64,000 bases of DNA, taken from Candidatus Binatia bacterium. GTDB lineage: Bacteria > Desulfobacterota > Binatia > Bin18. Of the stretch, positions 27,448 to 37,373 are shown one piece after another (within the stretch, counting starts at the first letter, position 1; the number at the start of each line of letters is the position of its first letter). Position numbers and translations under genes: made by a program. Location: contig OY761159.2 in NCBI GenBank assembly GCA_963664395.2, positions 1,056,001 to 1,120,000 on the forward strand, given 5' to 3'. The notes below the pieces were generated by a model. It was not told the DNA's origin. It saw nothing but the letters and a program-made list of their open reading frames with translations, and made no database searches.

Positions 27448-30400
27448 CTACTCCACCTCCGTCATGACAAAATTCTGACTATTCTGTTGCCATTCCAAGG
27501 TTACCGTCTCGCCCAGCATGGGGAAGTCCTCGACCACACATTCCCCCTCCGCCCCCCGTAGAAACTCTGCCTCGGCTCCTTCCCCTACGGTTGTCACCCG
27601 CACCGTGGCCCGGCCCAGTTCCATAGCGTCCACGACGGCCACCACATCATGTTCGCCGTCCCCCAGCAAGTTCCAGTTGAACAGCAACCCAAAGCCATTG
27701 TCCGTATCGCCACACATCGACTCCGTATCGAGCCGCTCGGTGCCATACGCCGCCGGCTGCGGCTCCCCGTTCAGTTCAATGACAACCTCGGCCCCCTCAC
27801 ATACCCAGCCCGAAATCACCCCAATCCCACTCTGAAAGGAGTTCGGCCCGGGGTTCTCCAGATAGCCTACCCCGGCTCTCCCCGCCCGGTTGGTGGTGCC
27901 AGCAGGAGCCAGACCGTCCACAATCACAAAGTTCTGCTGTGTCTGTTGCCACGCCAGGGTGACCGTCTCGTCCCCGGTCGGGAAATCGGCGGCTGTACAC
28001 GTCCCCGTCACCTCCCGCAGAAACTCCGCCCCCAGCGTCGTCACCGTCACAGTCGCCCGGTCGAGTTCCACCCCATCCACGACGGCCACCACCTCATGCT
28101 CGCCCTCCCCCAGCAGGTTCCAGTTGAACAAGAGGCCAAAGCCGTTGTCCGTGTCGCCACACACCGACTCCGTATCGAGCCGAGCCGTGCCATACGCCGC
28201 CTCCTGTGGCTCCCCGTTCAACGTAATCTCTACGGCTTCGGCCGCACAGGTCCAGCCTGAAATGACGCCAATCCCACTCTGGAAGGACTCGGCTCCCGGA
28301 TTCTCCAGATACCCCGGCACGAAGGTCACTTGCAGGGTGTACGCCCCGGTTGCGCCCCCTTGGCCTTGGAGGGCGATCACCACCGACCCAGGGGCAACCC
28401 GCACACTGAGCCGGAAGTTCCGGCCGGCCCCGCCCGTGGCGGCGGTGGCTAACTCTTCCCCGGCTTGCCACACCGTGCCCACGGTGGCGGTCGGCCCACT
28501 CGTCTCGACGACCAACACCCCGGCGTGGGGCACGTCTGCGGTGAAGTAATCCACATCGGCGGCCGTGTTGAGCTGCCCCGGTACGGATGCGGTGCGGGCG
28601 GGGTCCAGGGTGACGAGGGTCGCCTGGGCCGGCGTGTTGCCGTGTTCGTCCTGGCTGGGACCGCCGCCGCCCCCGCCCGTGGTGGTGCCGCCCGTGGTGG
28701 TGCCCGTGGTGGTGCCCGTGGTGGTGCCCGTACCGGTTCCTGTCGTCGGGGTCATCGGCGCGCTGGGCCCGTAGACAAAGACCTTCCCCGCGTGGAAGTC
28801 CGCCACCCACCATGTTGTCCCGTCCGACCAGAGCGCCGTCGGGCTCAGGTTGGCGGGCGCCAGGATGCGATCCTGCTCGACTGCGGACACAATGTCGCTT
28901 GAGGATTCTACCGCTCTCGGGTTCGCGCTGTACGCGTGCAGACGGGCGTCAAGGTAGCCCGAAATCCATACGGTGCCCACGTCATTCCACCAGAACCCTC
29001 TGATAGAGGATGCGATGTCAAGCAGGTCAAGCGTTGGCAAATTCTTGACAAAGTTGTTATTCGGCGACCCGTATATCACCGCCGGGGTTGCATCCGTATC
29101 CGCATATATCCGGTAGGCCCTGAGGCCAATGGGGCTCAGGCCATCTCTTGCCAGCCAGAGCAAGCAGGTCGCGTCGGAGCCCGCGCAGGTCGTGTCCTTC
29201 CTCCCCCACAGCCCGTACCCGGCGAGAACGCTATCAATATCCTTGGCCGTGTCCCGCATACGGTCGGCCAGCGTGTAGGCGTATATTTTCCCGTCATCGT
29301 AGTCCAACACCCAGAGTGTCGTCTCGTCCGACCACAGCCCGGTCGGACGAGCGTTGGCCGTGTCCAAGGGAATGTCCTGGGCGGGAGCTCGCACGCCGCC
29401 GGGCAGCGTGTAGGCGTACACCTTCCCCCCGACTTCGCCCACGACATACAGCGTCGTCTCGTCCGCCCACAGCCCACTCGGACGAGTGTTGGCCGCGTCC
29501 AGCGTGATGACACCGTCGCTCGTTTGGGTGCCGGACGTGATACGGGCGCTCCAAGCAGTAAATGCCGGGGTCTGCGGTATGGTCACTCCGGTGTTCTGCA
29601 CCCCCAGCTCCTTGAGGTCCGGCAGGGCGGTCGGAAATATGGCGGGGAGCGGCCCGCTCAAGGCCGCATTGCTGTGGAGCTTCAGGTCAACCAGGCTGCT
29701 CAGCCCCAACGCGGGTGGAATGAAGCCGCTCAGCTTGTTGCCCTGGAGGTAGAGCTGCGTGAGGTTCCTCAGGTTCCCCAACTCGACTGGGAGGGAGCCG
29801 CGCAGCTTGTTACTCCTGAGGTCCAATTGAGTGACCTCGCCGTCCGTATTCGTTGTGACCCCGTGCCACTCACCCAGATCCGTGTCGTCGTCCAGCCAGT
29901 TATCTTTGCTCGTCCAGTTCGCCCCGCCGGTCGCAGTATAGAGCGTTGCCAGCGCCTCGCGCTCGGTACCGGTCACGGACGGCACGGACGGGATCAGGCT
30001 GATGATCTCAGTCCTTTGTCTGTTCGGGGTTCCCTCACTGACCGTGCGAACCGCATCAGAAGAGATGGAAAAGAGCACCGACCCTGCCGGTAGGTTTTGG
30101 ACCGGGTGAGGGATCGGTGTCACCTCGACGCTATAGGTCGTCCCCGAGCCCTGGAGGTCCGCTGCCTGCACCTCCCATTGGGAGGGACCACGCCCATCAG
30201 GACGACTAAATCCTAGCACGAGGATATCTTGAAGCGCGAAGCCTGCCACCGCCTCCGAGAAGGTGACCGTGACCGTGAAGGAAGGTTCCAGCCCCGCATC
30301 TTCGTCCCAGGTCAGTGTGATTTGGGGCCGCTCATCCGCCAACGGTCTGGCCGTAGCCGTAGCCGTGGCCGCAGAGCCCGCGCCCGCGCTGTTCCACGCC

Positions 30401-30801
30401 CGCACCTCAAAGGCGTACTGTGTGCCGGTGGTCAGCCCCCGCACTATCGCCGACAGCGCCCCCTCATCTGCCGTAATGGTCCAGGAGGTGGTAGACGGCA
30501 CCGTGTCGCCCGCCGCATAGCGGTATTCGTATGTGGTGATGGACGCCCCGCCGGTGTTCTCCGGCGCGGACCAGAACAGCACTGCATGCGCACCGCTCGG
30601 AAAGACCGCGAAGTTCTGCGGCGGCCCGGGGACGGTGACCGTCTGCGCCCGCGCGTCTTCCGGCGTGGCAATCCCCAGCACGGCGGCCAGCACGACGAGC
30701 GCCGCCACCGCGCCCCATCGCCGGGACGGGCGCGGTGGGTGGGGAGCACGTCCTGGAAAGAGCGAACGTCTCTGGGGGATTCTGGGCTCAGCTTGCATCA
30801 T
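27448..30801 (-). CDS. large secreted/surface protein: FN3, Ig-like, eukaryote-type LRR, beta-propeller-like repeats, shared C-terminal module
   Basis: PGPPQN...W.AP...YEYRY...GL..GT.Y.FEVRA.N (FN3); LDLRSNKLRGSLPVELGNL (LRR); LD.AN.RP.GLW.DETTL.V repeats; Thr/Gly linker; 2x GYLENPG domain; RBS GAGGAG before ATG 30801. Confidence 0.87.
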   Translation of the reverse strand: MMQAEPRIPQRRSLFPGRAPHPPRPSRRWGAVAALVVLAAVLGIATPEDARAQTVTVPGPPQNFAVFPSGAHAVLFWSAPENTGGASITTYEYRYAAGDTVPSTTSWTITADEGALSAIVRGLTTGTQYAFEVRAWNSAGAGSAATATATARPLADERPQITLTWDEDAGLEPSFTVTVTFSEAVAGFALQDILVLGFSRPDGRGPSQWEVQAADLQGSGTTYSVEVTPIPHPVQNLPAGSVLFSISSDAVRTVSEGTPNRQRTEIISLIPSVPSVTGTEREALATLYTATGGANWTSKDNWLDDDTDLGEWHGVTTNTDGEVTQLDLRSNKLRGSLPVELGNLRNLTQLYLQGNKLSGFIPPALGLSSLVDLKLHSNAALSGPLPAIFPTALPDLKELGVQNTGVTIPQTPAFTAWSARITSGTQTSDGVITLDAANTRPSGLWADETTLYVVGEVGGKVYAYTLPGGVRAPAQDIPLDTANARPTGLWSDETTLWVLDYDDGKIYAYTLADRMRDTAKDIDSVLAGYGLWGRKDTTCAGSDATCLLWLARDGLSPIGLRAYRIYADTDATPAVIYGSPNNNFVKNLPTLDLLDIASSIRGFWWNDVGTVWISGYLDARLHAYSANPRAVESSSDIVSAVEQDRILAPANLSPTALWSDGTTWWVADFHAGKVFVYGPSAPMTPTTGTGTGTTTGTTTGTTTGGTTTGGGGGGPSQDEHGNTPAQATLVTLDPARTASVPGQLNTAADVDYFTADVPHAGVLVVETSGPTATVGTVWQAGEELATAATGGAGRNFRLSVRVAPGSVVIALQGQGGATGAYTLQVTFVPGYLENPGAESFQSGIGVISGWTCAAEAVEITLNGEPQEAAYGTARLDTESVCGDTDNGFGLLFNWNLLGEGEHEVVAVVDGVELDRATVTVTTLGAEFLREVTGTCTAADFPTGDETVTLAWQQTQQNFVIVDGLAPAGTTNRAGRAGVGYLENPGPNSFQSGIGVISGWVCEGAEVVIELNGEPQPAAYGTERLDTESMCGDTDNGFGLLFNWNLLGDGEHDVVAVVDAMELGRATVRVTTVGEGAEAEFLRGAEGECVVEDFPMLGETVTLEWQQNSQNFVMTEVE

Positions 30802-31116
30802 TCTATTCTCTCCTCTTGTATCGGTCTCCTGTCCGGGACGCTGACGCAGCACTGGGTCGAAACCTTACTCAACCCCATCCCGCCGCGTGTGTCCCTCCCA
30901 AATGGGAGGAATCTTCACACCGCAGGCCGAGGGCGGCACACCCCTACCGGTGCACCCGCCTGGTCGGGCCGGGGGGCGGCCCGCTCAACTGGACCCGAAA
31001 AGACGTGCGCGCATGTGAGAGAACGGGGGGCGGCCCCCTATCGTTCTGTTGTCATCTGGCATTGGCCTCGAAATGAGAGCGTTTCACGTTAGTCTGTAGC
31101 CATGCCAGTACGCGCT

Positions 31117-31143
31117 CGTCATGCCGGACGTGATCCGGCATCC
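31117..31143. repeat. CGTC-type REP-like palindrome
   Basis: CGTCATGCCGGACGTGATCCGGCATCC hairpin in intergenic DNA. Confidence 0.6.
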
Positions 31144-31302
31144 GGAGGCCGGGGGGTCGGGGGCCTGGATGCCCTAGCCAGGAACAAAAGAGGTGGGGCA
31201 CTACCGATTCAGGCTTCAGCTTGACATTTGGCTGACGGTCGGAGTATCCACGAAGAATACCATACGGAATCATTCGGACCCCAGCATTAAGGAGGGAGTA
31301 CC

Positions 31303-32496
31303 ATGCAAACTACCACGGAGAACAGACGCTGGTCAAAGGAATACCCCGAGCTCGGCACGGGACCCGTGCCGTCTGAATCGTGTATCTCGCCGGAATACTT
31401 TGAGCTTGAACGCGAGCGGATTTTTCGCCGTACCTGGCTCAACGTGGGCCGCGTCGATGACATTCCCAACGCGGGCGATTTTTTCGTGCGCGAGCTGGCG
31501 GTGTGTAAAACCTCGATTTTGGTGATCCGAGGGACGGACGGGGTCGTGCGTGGGTTTCACAATGTGTGCTCGCACCGCTCCAACAAACTGGTCTGGGAAG
31601 AGCGCGGCACCTGTCGAGGGGCCTTAGCCTGCCATTTTCATAGCTGGGGGTATAACGCCCAGGGGCAGCTCACCGGCGTTCCGGACGAAGAGAATTTTCA
31701 TGATCTTGATAAGAGCGAGCTGGGACTCACCCCGGTGACCATAGATGTGTGGGAAGGGTTTATCTTCGTGCATCTGGGTCCACAGCCCCAAGAGACGCTC
31801 ACCGACTACCTGGGTGGAGTGGCTGAACAGTTCAAAGGGGCCGCCTTTCATAAGCGCCGCTTGACCCATACCTATAAAGTTGAGGAGAATGCCAACTGGA
31901 AGGTGGCCCTGGACGCCCAGAATGAAGCCTACCACCTGCCCTTCCAACATCGCTACTCGTTTCCGGGTATGTTCGTCCTCAAAGACAACCGCTATCTGCG
32001 TCTCTCGGGCGTGAAGCTGTATAACCACCACGCGGTCTGGTCGACTACGTATAGTTCGGAAAATACGCCGACGCCGACCGGAGCATTCATGAACCAGCTC
32101 AATACGGCGACAACCAACAGCCGCCTGCCCATGCTGGGAGACTTTGACTTTTTTGTGATCTTTCCAAACTTTGTCATTCTCCAGTTTCGGGGCATCGAAG
32201 ACGACTATTACATGACCTATAATTTCTGGCCGCTGGCGGTTGACCGCTGCATCTGGGAGATAAAATTTTATTTTCCACCCGCGGAAAATGCCGGCCAAAA
32301 GCTCAGCCAGGAATATCTCAAACACCGTATCTGCGACGTCCTCCAGGAGGACGCCGTAGCGCATGAGACCCTGCAAATTGGTATAACCTCGCGGGCGAAA
32401 ACACATATCATCCTCCAAGATGACGAGATCCAGATTCGGCAATTTCATAAAGTGTTGGAAGACTATATGGGATTTTTCAACGGACAGGGGCAGTGA
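31303..32496 (+). CDS. Rieske non-heme iron oxygenase, large subunit
   Basis: CSH...CHFH Rieske ligands; EAYHLPFQH and ED mononuclear-iron ligands. Confidence 0.95.
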   Translation: MQTTTENRRWSKEYPELGTGPVPSESCISPEYFELERERIFRRTWLNVGRVDDIPNAGDFFVRELAVCKTSILVIRGTDGVVRGFHNVCSHRSNKLVWEERGTCRGALACHFHSWGYNAQGQLTGVPDEENFHDLDKSELGLTPVTIDVWEGFIFVHLGPQPQETLTDYLGGVAEQFKGAAFHKRRLTHTYKVEENANWKVALDAQNEAYHLPFQHRYSFPGMFVLKDNRYLRLSGVKLYNHHAVWSTTYSSENTPTPTGAFMNQLNTATTNSRLPMLGDFDFFVIFPNFVILQFRGIEDDYYMTYNFWPLAVDRCIWEIKFYFPPAENAGQKLSQEYLKHRICDVLQEDAVAHETLQIGITSRAKTHIILQDDEIQIRQFHKVLEDYMGFFNGQGQ

Positions 32497-32819
32497 TGCC
32501 TGGAGCGCTATTTCCGGAGCAGTTTCAGAACCTTGAACCGTTTCGGGACTGGGCTCTGGCCAAAGAGAGTGAGCGCAGAGCAAAACGCCTGTCCAGCACA
32601 ATGGATGAGATTCAGGCATTCTACGACGCAATTTTTCCTCAAATGGAAGCCGTCGTTGCCTATCTCAATCAGTTTCCGCTCAACCAGCTGCCCGAAGGGA
32701 CGCAGCAGCTCTACTATCTGACGCTCTCATTGGTGGAAGTCACCAGCGCCGTGGAATTGTATCACCAGCCCCACATCATTGAGGCCATTGCGCCAGCTCG
32801 CTTCCGGCGGGTGGAATAA
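32493..32819 (+). CDS. small conserved protein coupled to the Rieske oxygenase
   Basis: GTGA overlap with the upstream stop; homologous to 48369-48719. Confidence 0.85.
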   Translation: MMPGALFPEQFQNLEPFRDWALAKESERRAKRLSSTMDEIQAFYDAIFPQMEAVVAYLNQFPLNQLPEGTQQLYYLTLSLVEVTSAVELYHQPHIIEAIAPARFRRVE

Positions 32820-32861
32820 CACTTTCACGAACAACTTTTTCAGAAGAAAGGAATAACGGCC

Positions 32862-33635
32862 ATGGCTGGGCGATTAGACACAAAGGTAGCACTGGTGACT
32901 GGTGGTGGCTCGGGCATTGGACGCGCCTCAGCCCTGGCCTTTGCACGAGAAGGTGCCAAGGTTGTTGTTGCCGACGTGGATGTGGCAGGCGGAGCAGAGA
33001 CGGTCCGCATGATCGAGGCGGCCAGCGGAGCGGCGCTGTTTGTCAGCGCTGATGTCTCCAAGGCGGCGGAAGTCAGCGCGTTAGTCGAGCGGACAGTCGA
33101 AACCTATGGCCGTTTGGATTGCGCCTTGAATAACGCCGGTATCCAGGGCGACATCAAGCAGACCGCCGAGTGCAGCCAGGAGAATTGGGACCGTATCATT
33201 GCGATTAACCTGACCGGAGTGTGGTTGTGTATGAAACACGAGATCCCGCACATGTTGCATCAAGGTGGGGGTGCGATCGTCAACACTGCCTCGAACTTCG
33301 GGCTAGTAGGATCGAACGGGATGCCGGCATATTCAGCCAGCAAGCACGGCGTCGTCGGTCTGACCAAAACGGCCGCCCTGGAGTACGCCAAGTCGGGCAT
33401 TCGCGTCAACGCCGTCTGTCCGGGGCCGGTTCAAACACCGCTGATCGATAAGGTCCTGGCCGCCCAGCCCGAGCTGGGCGACCAGATCATCAAGGCCATC
33501 GAGGCCAGGGAGCCGATAGGGCGCATGGGGCAGCCGGAGGAGATTGCCGAGGCTGTCGTCTGGTTGTGTTCCGACGCGGCCTCTTTTGTGACCGGAACGG
33601 CCATGGCCGTGGATGGCGGCTTTGTGACGCAGTAG
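32862..33635 (+). CDS. classical SDR oxidoreductase
   Basis: TGGGSGIG, NNAG, YSASK, IRVNAVCPG. Confidence 0.96.
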   Translation: MAGRLDTKVALVTGGGSGIGRASALAFAREGAKVVVADVDVAGGAETVRMIEAASGAALFVSADVSKAAEVSALVERTVETYGRLDCALNNAGIQGDIKQTAECSQENWDRIIAINLTGVWLCMKHEIPHMLHQGGGAIVNTASNFGLVGSNGMPAYSASKHGVVGLTKTAALEYAKSGIRVNAVCPGPVQTPLIDKVLAAQPELGDQIIKAIEAREPIGRMGQPEEIAEAVVWLCSDAASFVTGTAMAVDGGFVTQ

Positions 33636-33661
33636 CGGCGCGAACCAAAGGGGTTATAACC

Positions 33662-34492
33662 ATGTCTAGCCAAGCCACAAGTCGCTATGAAACCATCAAC
33701 GGCCTGAAGCTGCACTACGTTGACTGGAGAAACGAACAGGCGACGCCAATGGTATGTCTGCATGGCTTGCGAGCCTACGGTCATTGGTTCGACGAATTCG
33801 CCCTGGTAGTGAAAGATCGCTATCGAGTGCTCGCTCTAGACCAACGGGGCCGGGGTGAGACGGACTGGGCGCCGGACTGCGACTACTCCAGAGCAGCCTA
33901 CGTCTCGGACGTGGAAGCCTTTGTCGATACACTTCAGCTCGACAAGCTTGTCCTGGTTGGCCACTCGATGGGCGGCCTCAACGCCATCCACTACGCCGCT
34001 CGACACCCAGACCGTGTGCTAGCCCTGTGTGTGCTGGACATCGGCCCAGAGGTTGACCCTGTGGGAATGCAGCGTATGCGCACAGAACTAGGTGAAACCC
34101 CAACGGGCTTTGACTCGTGGCAGGAGGCCAAGGCGTTTCTGAAACAGCGTCATCCCAAGGCGTCAGAAGAGAACCGCCAAACGCGCCTCAAGTGGATGCT
34201 TAAGGAAGGGGCGGAGGGCAAGGTTGAGTGGCGGATAGACCAAGCCATATTCGATCCCAACCTGCGCCCTGACGACCCGCAGCAGACGTGGGATCTTCTG
34301 AACCAGATACGCTGCCCTACCCTCATCGTGCGTGGCGGTGTGTCAGATGTACTGAGCGCTGACACATGCCAAAAAATGCTCACGTGTATCCCGGACGGTC
34401 AGTGGGTCGAAATTCCCAATGCGGGTCATATGGTGCTTGAGGATAATCCCGAGGCGTGTAACGCGGCGCTGCTCGACTTCTTCAAACGTTAG
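33662..34492 (+). CDS. alpha/beta-fold hydrolase
   Basis: LHG, DQRGRG, GHSMGG nucleophile, AGH. Confidence 0.94.
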   Translation: MSSQATSRYETINGLKLHYVDWRNEQATPMVCLHGLRAYGHWFDEFALVVKDRYRVLALDQRGRGETDWAPDCDYSRAAYVSDVEAFVDTLQLDKLVLVGHSMGGLNAIHYAARHPDRVLALCVLDIGPEVDPVGMQRMRTELGETPTGFDSWQEAKAFLKQRHPKASEENRQTRLKWMLKEGAEGKVEWRIDQAIFDPNLRPDDPQQTWDLLNQIRCPTLIVRGGVSDVLSADTCQKMLTCIPDGQWVEIPNAGHMVLEDNPEACNAALLDFFKR

Positions 34493-34500
34493 GAGAATAT

Positions 34501-35646
34501 ATGGCTGCACCGCTCGCCCTTCAGGACTTCTCAAAAACACGGCAGGACCTCCTTCACGCCAGGCATCTGCCGGGCGAGTTTTATACCTCACCCGAGATCT
34601 TCCAAAAAGAGATCGAACAGATCTTTATGAAAGACTGGGTCTGCGTCGGACGGGTCGAGCAATATGCCAAGCCGGGCGACTACCGCGCCCTGCGCATTGC
34701 CGGCGAGCCCGTCCTTGTCTGTAAGGATAAGAACGGCGCGCTGCACGCCTTTGCCAACGTGTGTCAGCATCGCGGTGTAGAGGTTGTACAGGGTGAAGGA
34801 AACACCCAGGAGTTTAGCTGCCCCTATCACGCCTGGACGTACGGTCTGAATGGCGAGTTGACCGGTGCGCCCTACAGTCAAGAGGTCACGGACTTCGACT
34901 GGAAATCCTGCCGTTTGCCCACAGTCCAGCTCGACACCTGGGCGGGCTACATCTTCATTAACTTCGATCCTGGGGCAGAGAGCCTGGCCGCCTATCTCGC
35001 AGCCGACGGCGTACAGGAAGCCGCCGGATTTTTACGCGCCGAAGAGACGCGTATCGCGGACGAATACACGTTTGAGCTGGGCTGTAACTGGAAGTTTATC
35101 CCGGAAAACCTGATGGACATCTATCACGTCGGGGTGATTCATGGCTCGTCTTTTGGCAAGGTCTTTCCCATAGACAAATTTCCGTTCTACCTGACCCAAA
35201 ACGGCTATCATTCGGAGTACGAAAGCCTGACCATGGCACCGGATGGTGCCTGGTTATTCGGCAAGGCCATGCCCTGGCTGGAACAGAAATCGAAATCCTT
35301 TGCGTTCACCATATTCATCCGGCCAAGTTTTAATATGTTCGCTCGGCCCGATATGTTACAGCCCTGGTTTTGTCATCCCATCGCGCCGGACAAAACACGC
35401 ATTACCATCCTGACCCAATACCCGGACGAGTGGTTTGAGCAGCCAGCGTTCGAGGCCAAGAACGCGGTGGTAAAAGATTTCATTCGTCTGGTCGCCGGCG
35501 AAGACACAGAGATGATGCTCTCGCTCCAAAACGGCGTCGGCTCCCGCCACTTTCGCCCCGGTCCGACCATGGGCCTCGAAAAGGCCATCCACCATTTGCT
35601 CAACTCCTATCTCGACCGCATGTTTGGGGCGGCGGTGGCGGGGTAG
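34501..35646 (+). CDS. Rieske oxygenase large subunit (choline monooxygenase-like)
   Basis: CQHRG...CPYH; NWK...EN.MDIYH...IH; ED...Q.G. Confidence 0.94.
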   Translation: MAAPLALQDFSKTRQDLLHARHLPGEFYTSPEIFQKEIEQIFMKDWVCVGRVEQYAKPGDYRALRIAGEPVLVCKDKNGALHAFANVCQHRGVEVVQGEGNTQEFSCPYHAWTYGLNGELTGAPYSQEVTDFDWKSCRLPTVQLDTWAGYIFINFDPGAESLAAYLAADGVQEAAGFLRAEETRIADEYTFELGCNWKFIPENLMDIYHVGVIHGSSFGKVFPIDKFPFYLTQNGYHSEYESLTMAPDGAWLFGKAMPWLEQKSKSFAFTIFIRPSFNMFARPDMLQPWFCHPIAPDKTRITILTQYPDEWFEQPAFEAKNAVVKDFIRLVAGEDTEMMLSLQNGVGSRHFRPGPTMGLEKAIHHLLNSYLDRMFGAAVAG

Positions 35647-35677
35647 GACGGTATAATACGTAAAGCAGGGGTCCTTC

Positions 35678-35890
35678 GTGAAAACGCGCAACAGCAAGGA
35701 ACTCGGACAGTACATCATCGTGAACCCGGACATCCGTCATGGCCAACCGACCTTCAAGGGGACCCGGATCATGGTCAAGAGTGTCCTTGAAATGCTTGTC
35801 AAAGGCTGGGACTGGGATCGGGTCTCGGCTGCGTATGATGGCCGGATCGATCACGCTGCAATCGATGAGGTCCTCTCGCTTTGTCCCTAA
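35678..35890 (+). CDS. DUF433 family antitoxin-like protein (orphan, possibly truncated)
   Basis: I.VNPDIRHGQPTFKGTRI.V..VLE.L. Confidence 0.8.
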   Translation: MKTRNSKELGQYIIVNPDIRHGQPTFKGTRIMVKSVLEMLVKGWDWDRVSAAYDGRIDHAAIDEVLSLCP

Positions 35891-35960
35891 ATATACGTTG
35901 GCTATCTAGCGATAATTAAGCTACCTGACAAAACTTGAGAACGCTGACTCCCCGCTGCAT

Positions 35961-36464
35961 TTAGCCAAACAAAACATCAGGGAATGCGTTCCGGCGGACA
36001 ATGAGCTTCGTCTCCTTGAGCATTCTTTTCCTTCTTCCTGGCTGGTTCATGTAGACACGTATGCTCTTTCCTGCCGGAATAGTAACCAGAATAGTGTATT
36101 GATCTTCTTCCCCACCGCTGGCGGCCTTACGATGTCCTATCATCTCATTGAGTTCGCCTGCGGATAGACAGCATATCTGGCGTTCTTTGACACAAACTAA
36201 AGCTATGAACATTTTCGGGTTTGTACTGGAAAGCTCCACAATTGTCTCAAGGTGATCCTTACGGAATGTAAAGACGTATTCTTTATAACTTCCGTGCGGC
36301 TTTGCTGCATACTTCAGATAGACAGCGATTTCATTATTTATTTTGTATGCCGCGCGAACCACCTTATCTTTGACTGTGAGTGAATTGATTGCGGTAAATT
36401 GCGGATGCTCGGCAATCTGAATAAGCCCGGCGCCATGATAAAGGTGATCATCGTCGATCTTCAT
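35961..36464 (-). CDS. hypothetical protein (AT-rich gene)
   Basis: 167-aa ORF with GGGAG RBS; no family recognised. Confidence 0.7.
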   Translation of the reverse strand: MKIDDDHLYHGAGLIQIAEHPQFTAINSLTVKDKVVRAAYKINNEIAVYLKYAAKPHGSYKEYVFTFRKDHLETIVELSSTNPKMFIALVCVKERQICCLSAGELNEMIGHRKAASGGEEDQYTILVTIPAGKSIRVYMNQPGRRKRMLKETKLIVRRNAFPDVLFG

Positions 36465-36561
36465 ATTCTCCCCTCAATACAAATCTATTTTCTATAGAAA
36501 AAGCTCAATAATCCCCCAAAATTGTGTTACTTTTTGTGGCATTTTAGTGTAACGAACTTCA

Positions 36562-36975
36562 CTATTCCCCCTTCCCCTCCTGCTCAAGCAGCGTTTCTGC
36601 CCACATAACAACTTCTTCCGCCAAGTGTATGGCGCTCTGATACTCCTCTTCGGTTATCGGCTCAACAATGCCTGGATATCGTGTTTCCACTGCATACCGA
36701 GTGAGAATGATCGCTTCTTTCACCTCAGACGGAACTTCTATCCCATCGTCCTCAAGCCCTTTGCCTAATTCTTCCAAGTCATGAATATATCGAAACGGAA
36801 GTGCTCTTGATTGATAGACCGCTTTGAGCGCCTTTTCCGCTGCTTGCTGAGCCAAGAAGCACAAATCTTCCCGGAATGCTCCTTCGACTTTCGACTGCTT
36901 AGCCAAAGCGAGATTCCCCTTAGCCCGAGCTAACCACTCCTGTGGACTGCCTGGAATAGAGTTATCCAGCGGCAT
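36562..36975 (-). CDS. HEPN domain protein
   Basis: WL.RA..NL, CF.AQQAAEKALKA, HDL..L, RYP. Confidence 0.9.
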   Translation of the reverse strand: MPLDNSIPGSPQEWLARAKGNLALAKQSKVEGAFREDLCFLAQQAAEKALKAVYQSRALPFRYIHDLEELGKGLEDDGIEVPSEVKEAIILTRYAVETRYPGIVEPITEEEYQSAIHLAEEVVMWAETLLEQEGKGE

Positions 36976-37285
36976 GATAGAGTTCCTTACCCGTCTCAAG
37001 CGCCTCCTTGATAACAAGGGAGAGATTCGCCGCGTGCTCCCGGATATCGCCTTCTGTGACCACCACGATATCCTTGGCGAAACCAAGACCCCACAGGTGG
37101 CGATATATCTCTTGAGCAGTCTTTCCACGATGGCTGCCGTCGGGCATGATGACCAGAGTATCCAGATCGCTATCCAGTCCCATCTCTCCGCGGGCGGCAG
37201 AACCAAATAGGATAATCCGCAGGGGATGTACCGCATCAACGATACGGGACACGAGTTCGTGCAGGAGTCTCTGGTCGGGTTTCAT
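36962..37285 (-). CDS. minimal nucleotidyltransferase (MNT) domain protein
   Basis: IILFGSAARG....SDLD; overlaps the HEPN gene. Confidence 0.92.
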   Translation of the reverse strand: MKPDQRLLHELVSRIVDAVHPLRIILFGSAARGEMGLDSDLDTLVIMPDGSHRGKTAQEIYRHLWGLGFAKDIVVVTEGDIREHAANLSLVIKEALETGKELYHAAG

Positions 37286-37373
37286 ACAAGCTCTCTCACC
37301 CCATGTTCTAAACCTACCATAATATCTCACTGACAGAATCCGCTAATCAAGCATCCTCAGTGTAGCCGAAATT

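Noticed and set aside
20037-28320. Diversity-generating retroelement TR/VR explanation for the repeated C-termini
   Set aside because: All copies are coding, differences are not adenine-specific, and no reverse transcriptase is present
28676-28740. 12-bp GTGGTGGTGCCC-type repeats
   Set aside because: Encode the Thr/Gly linker; ordinary low-complexity coding sequence
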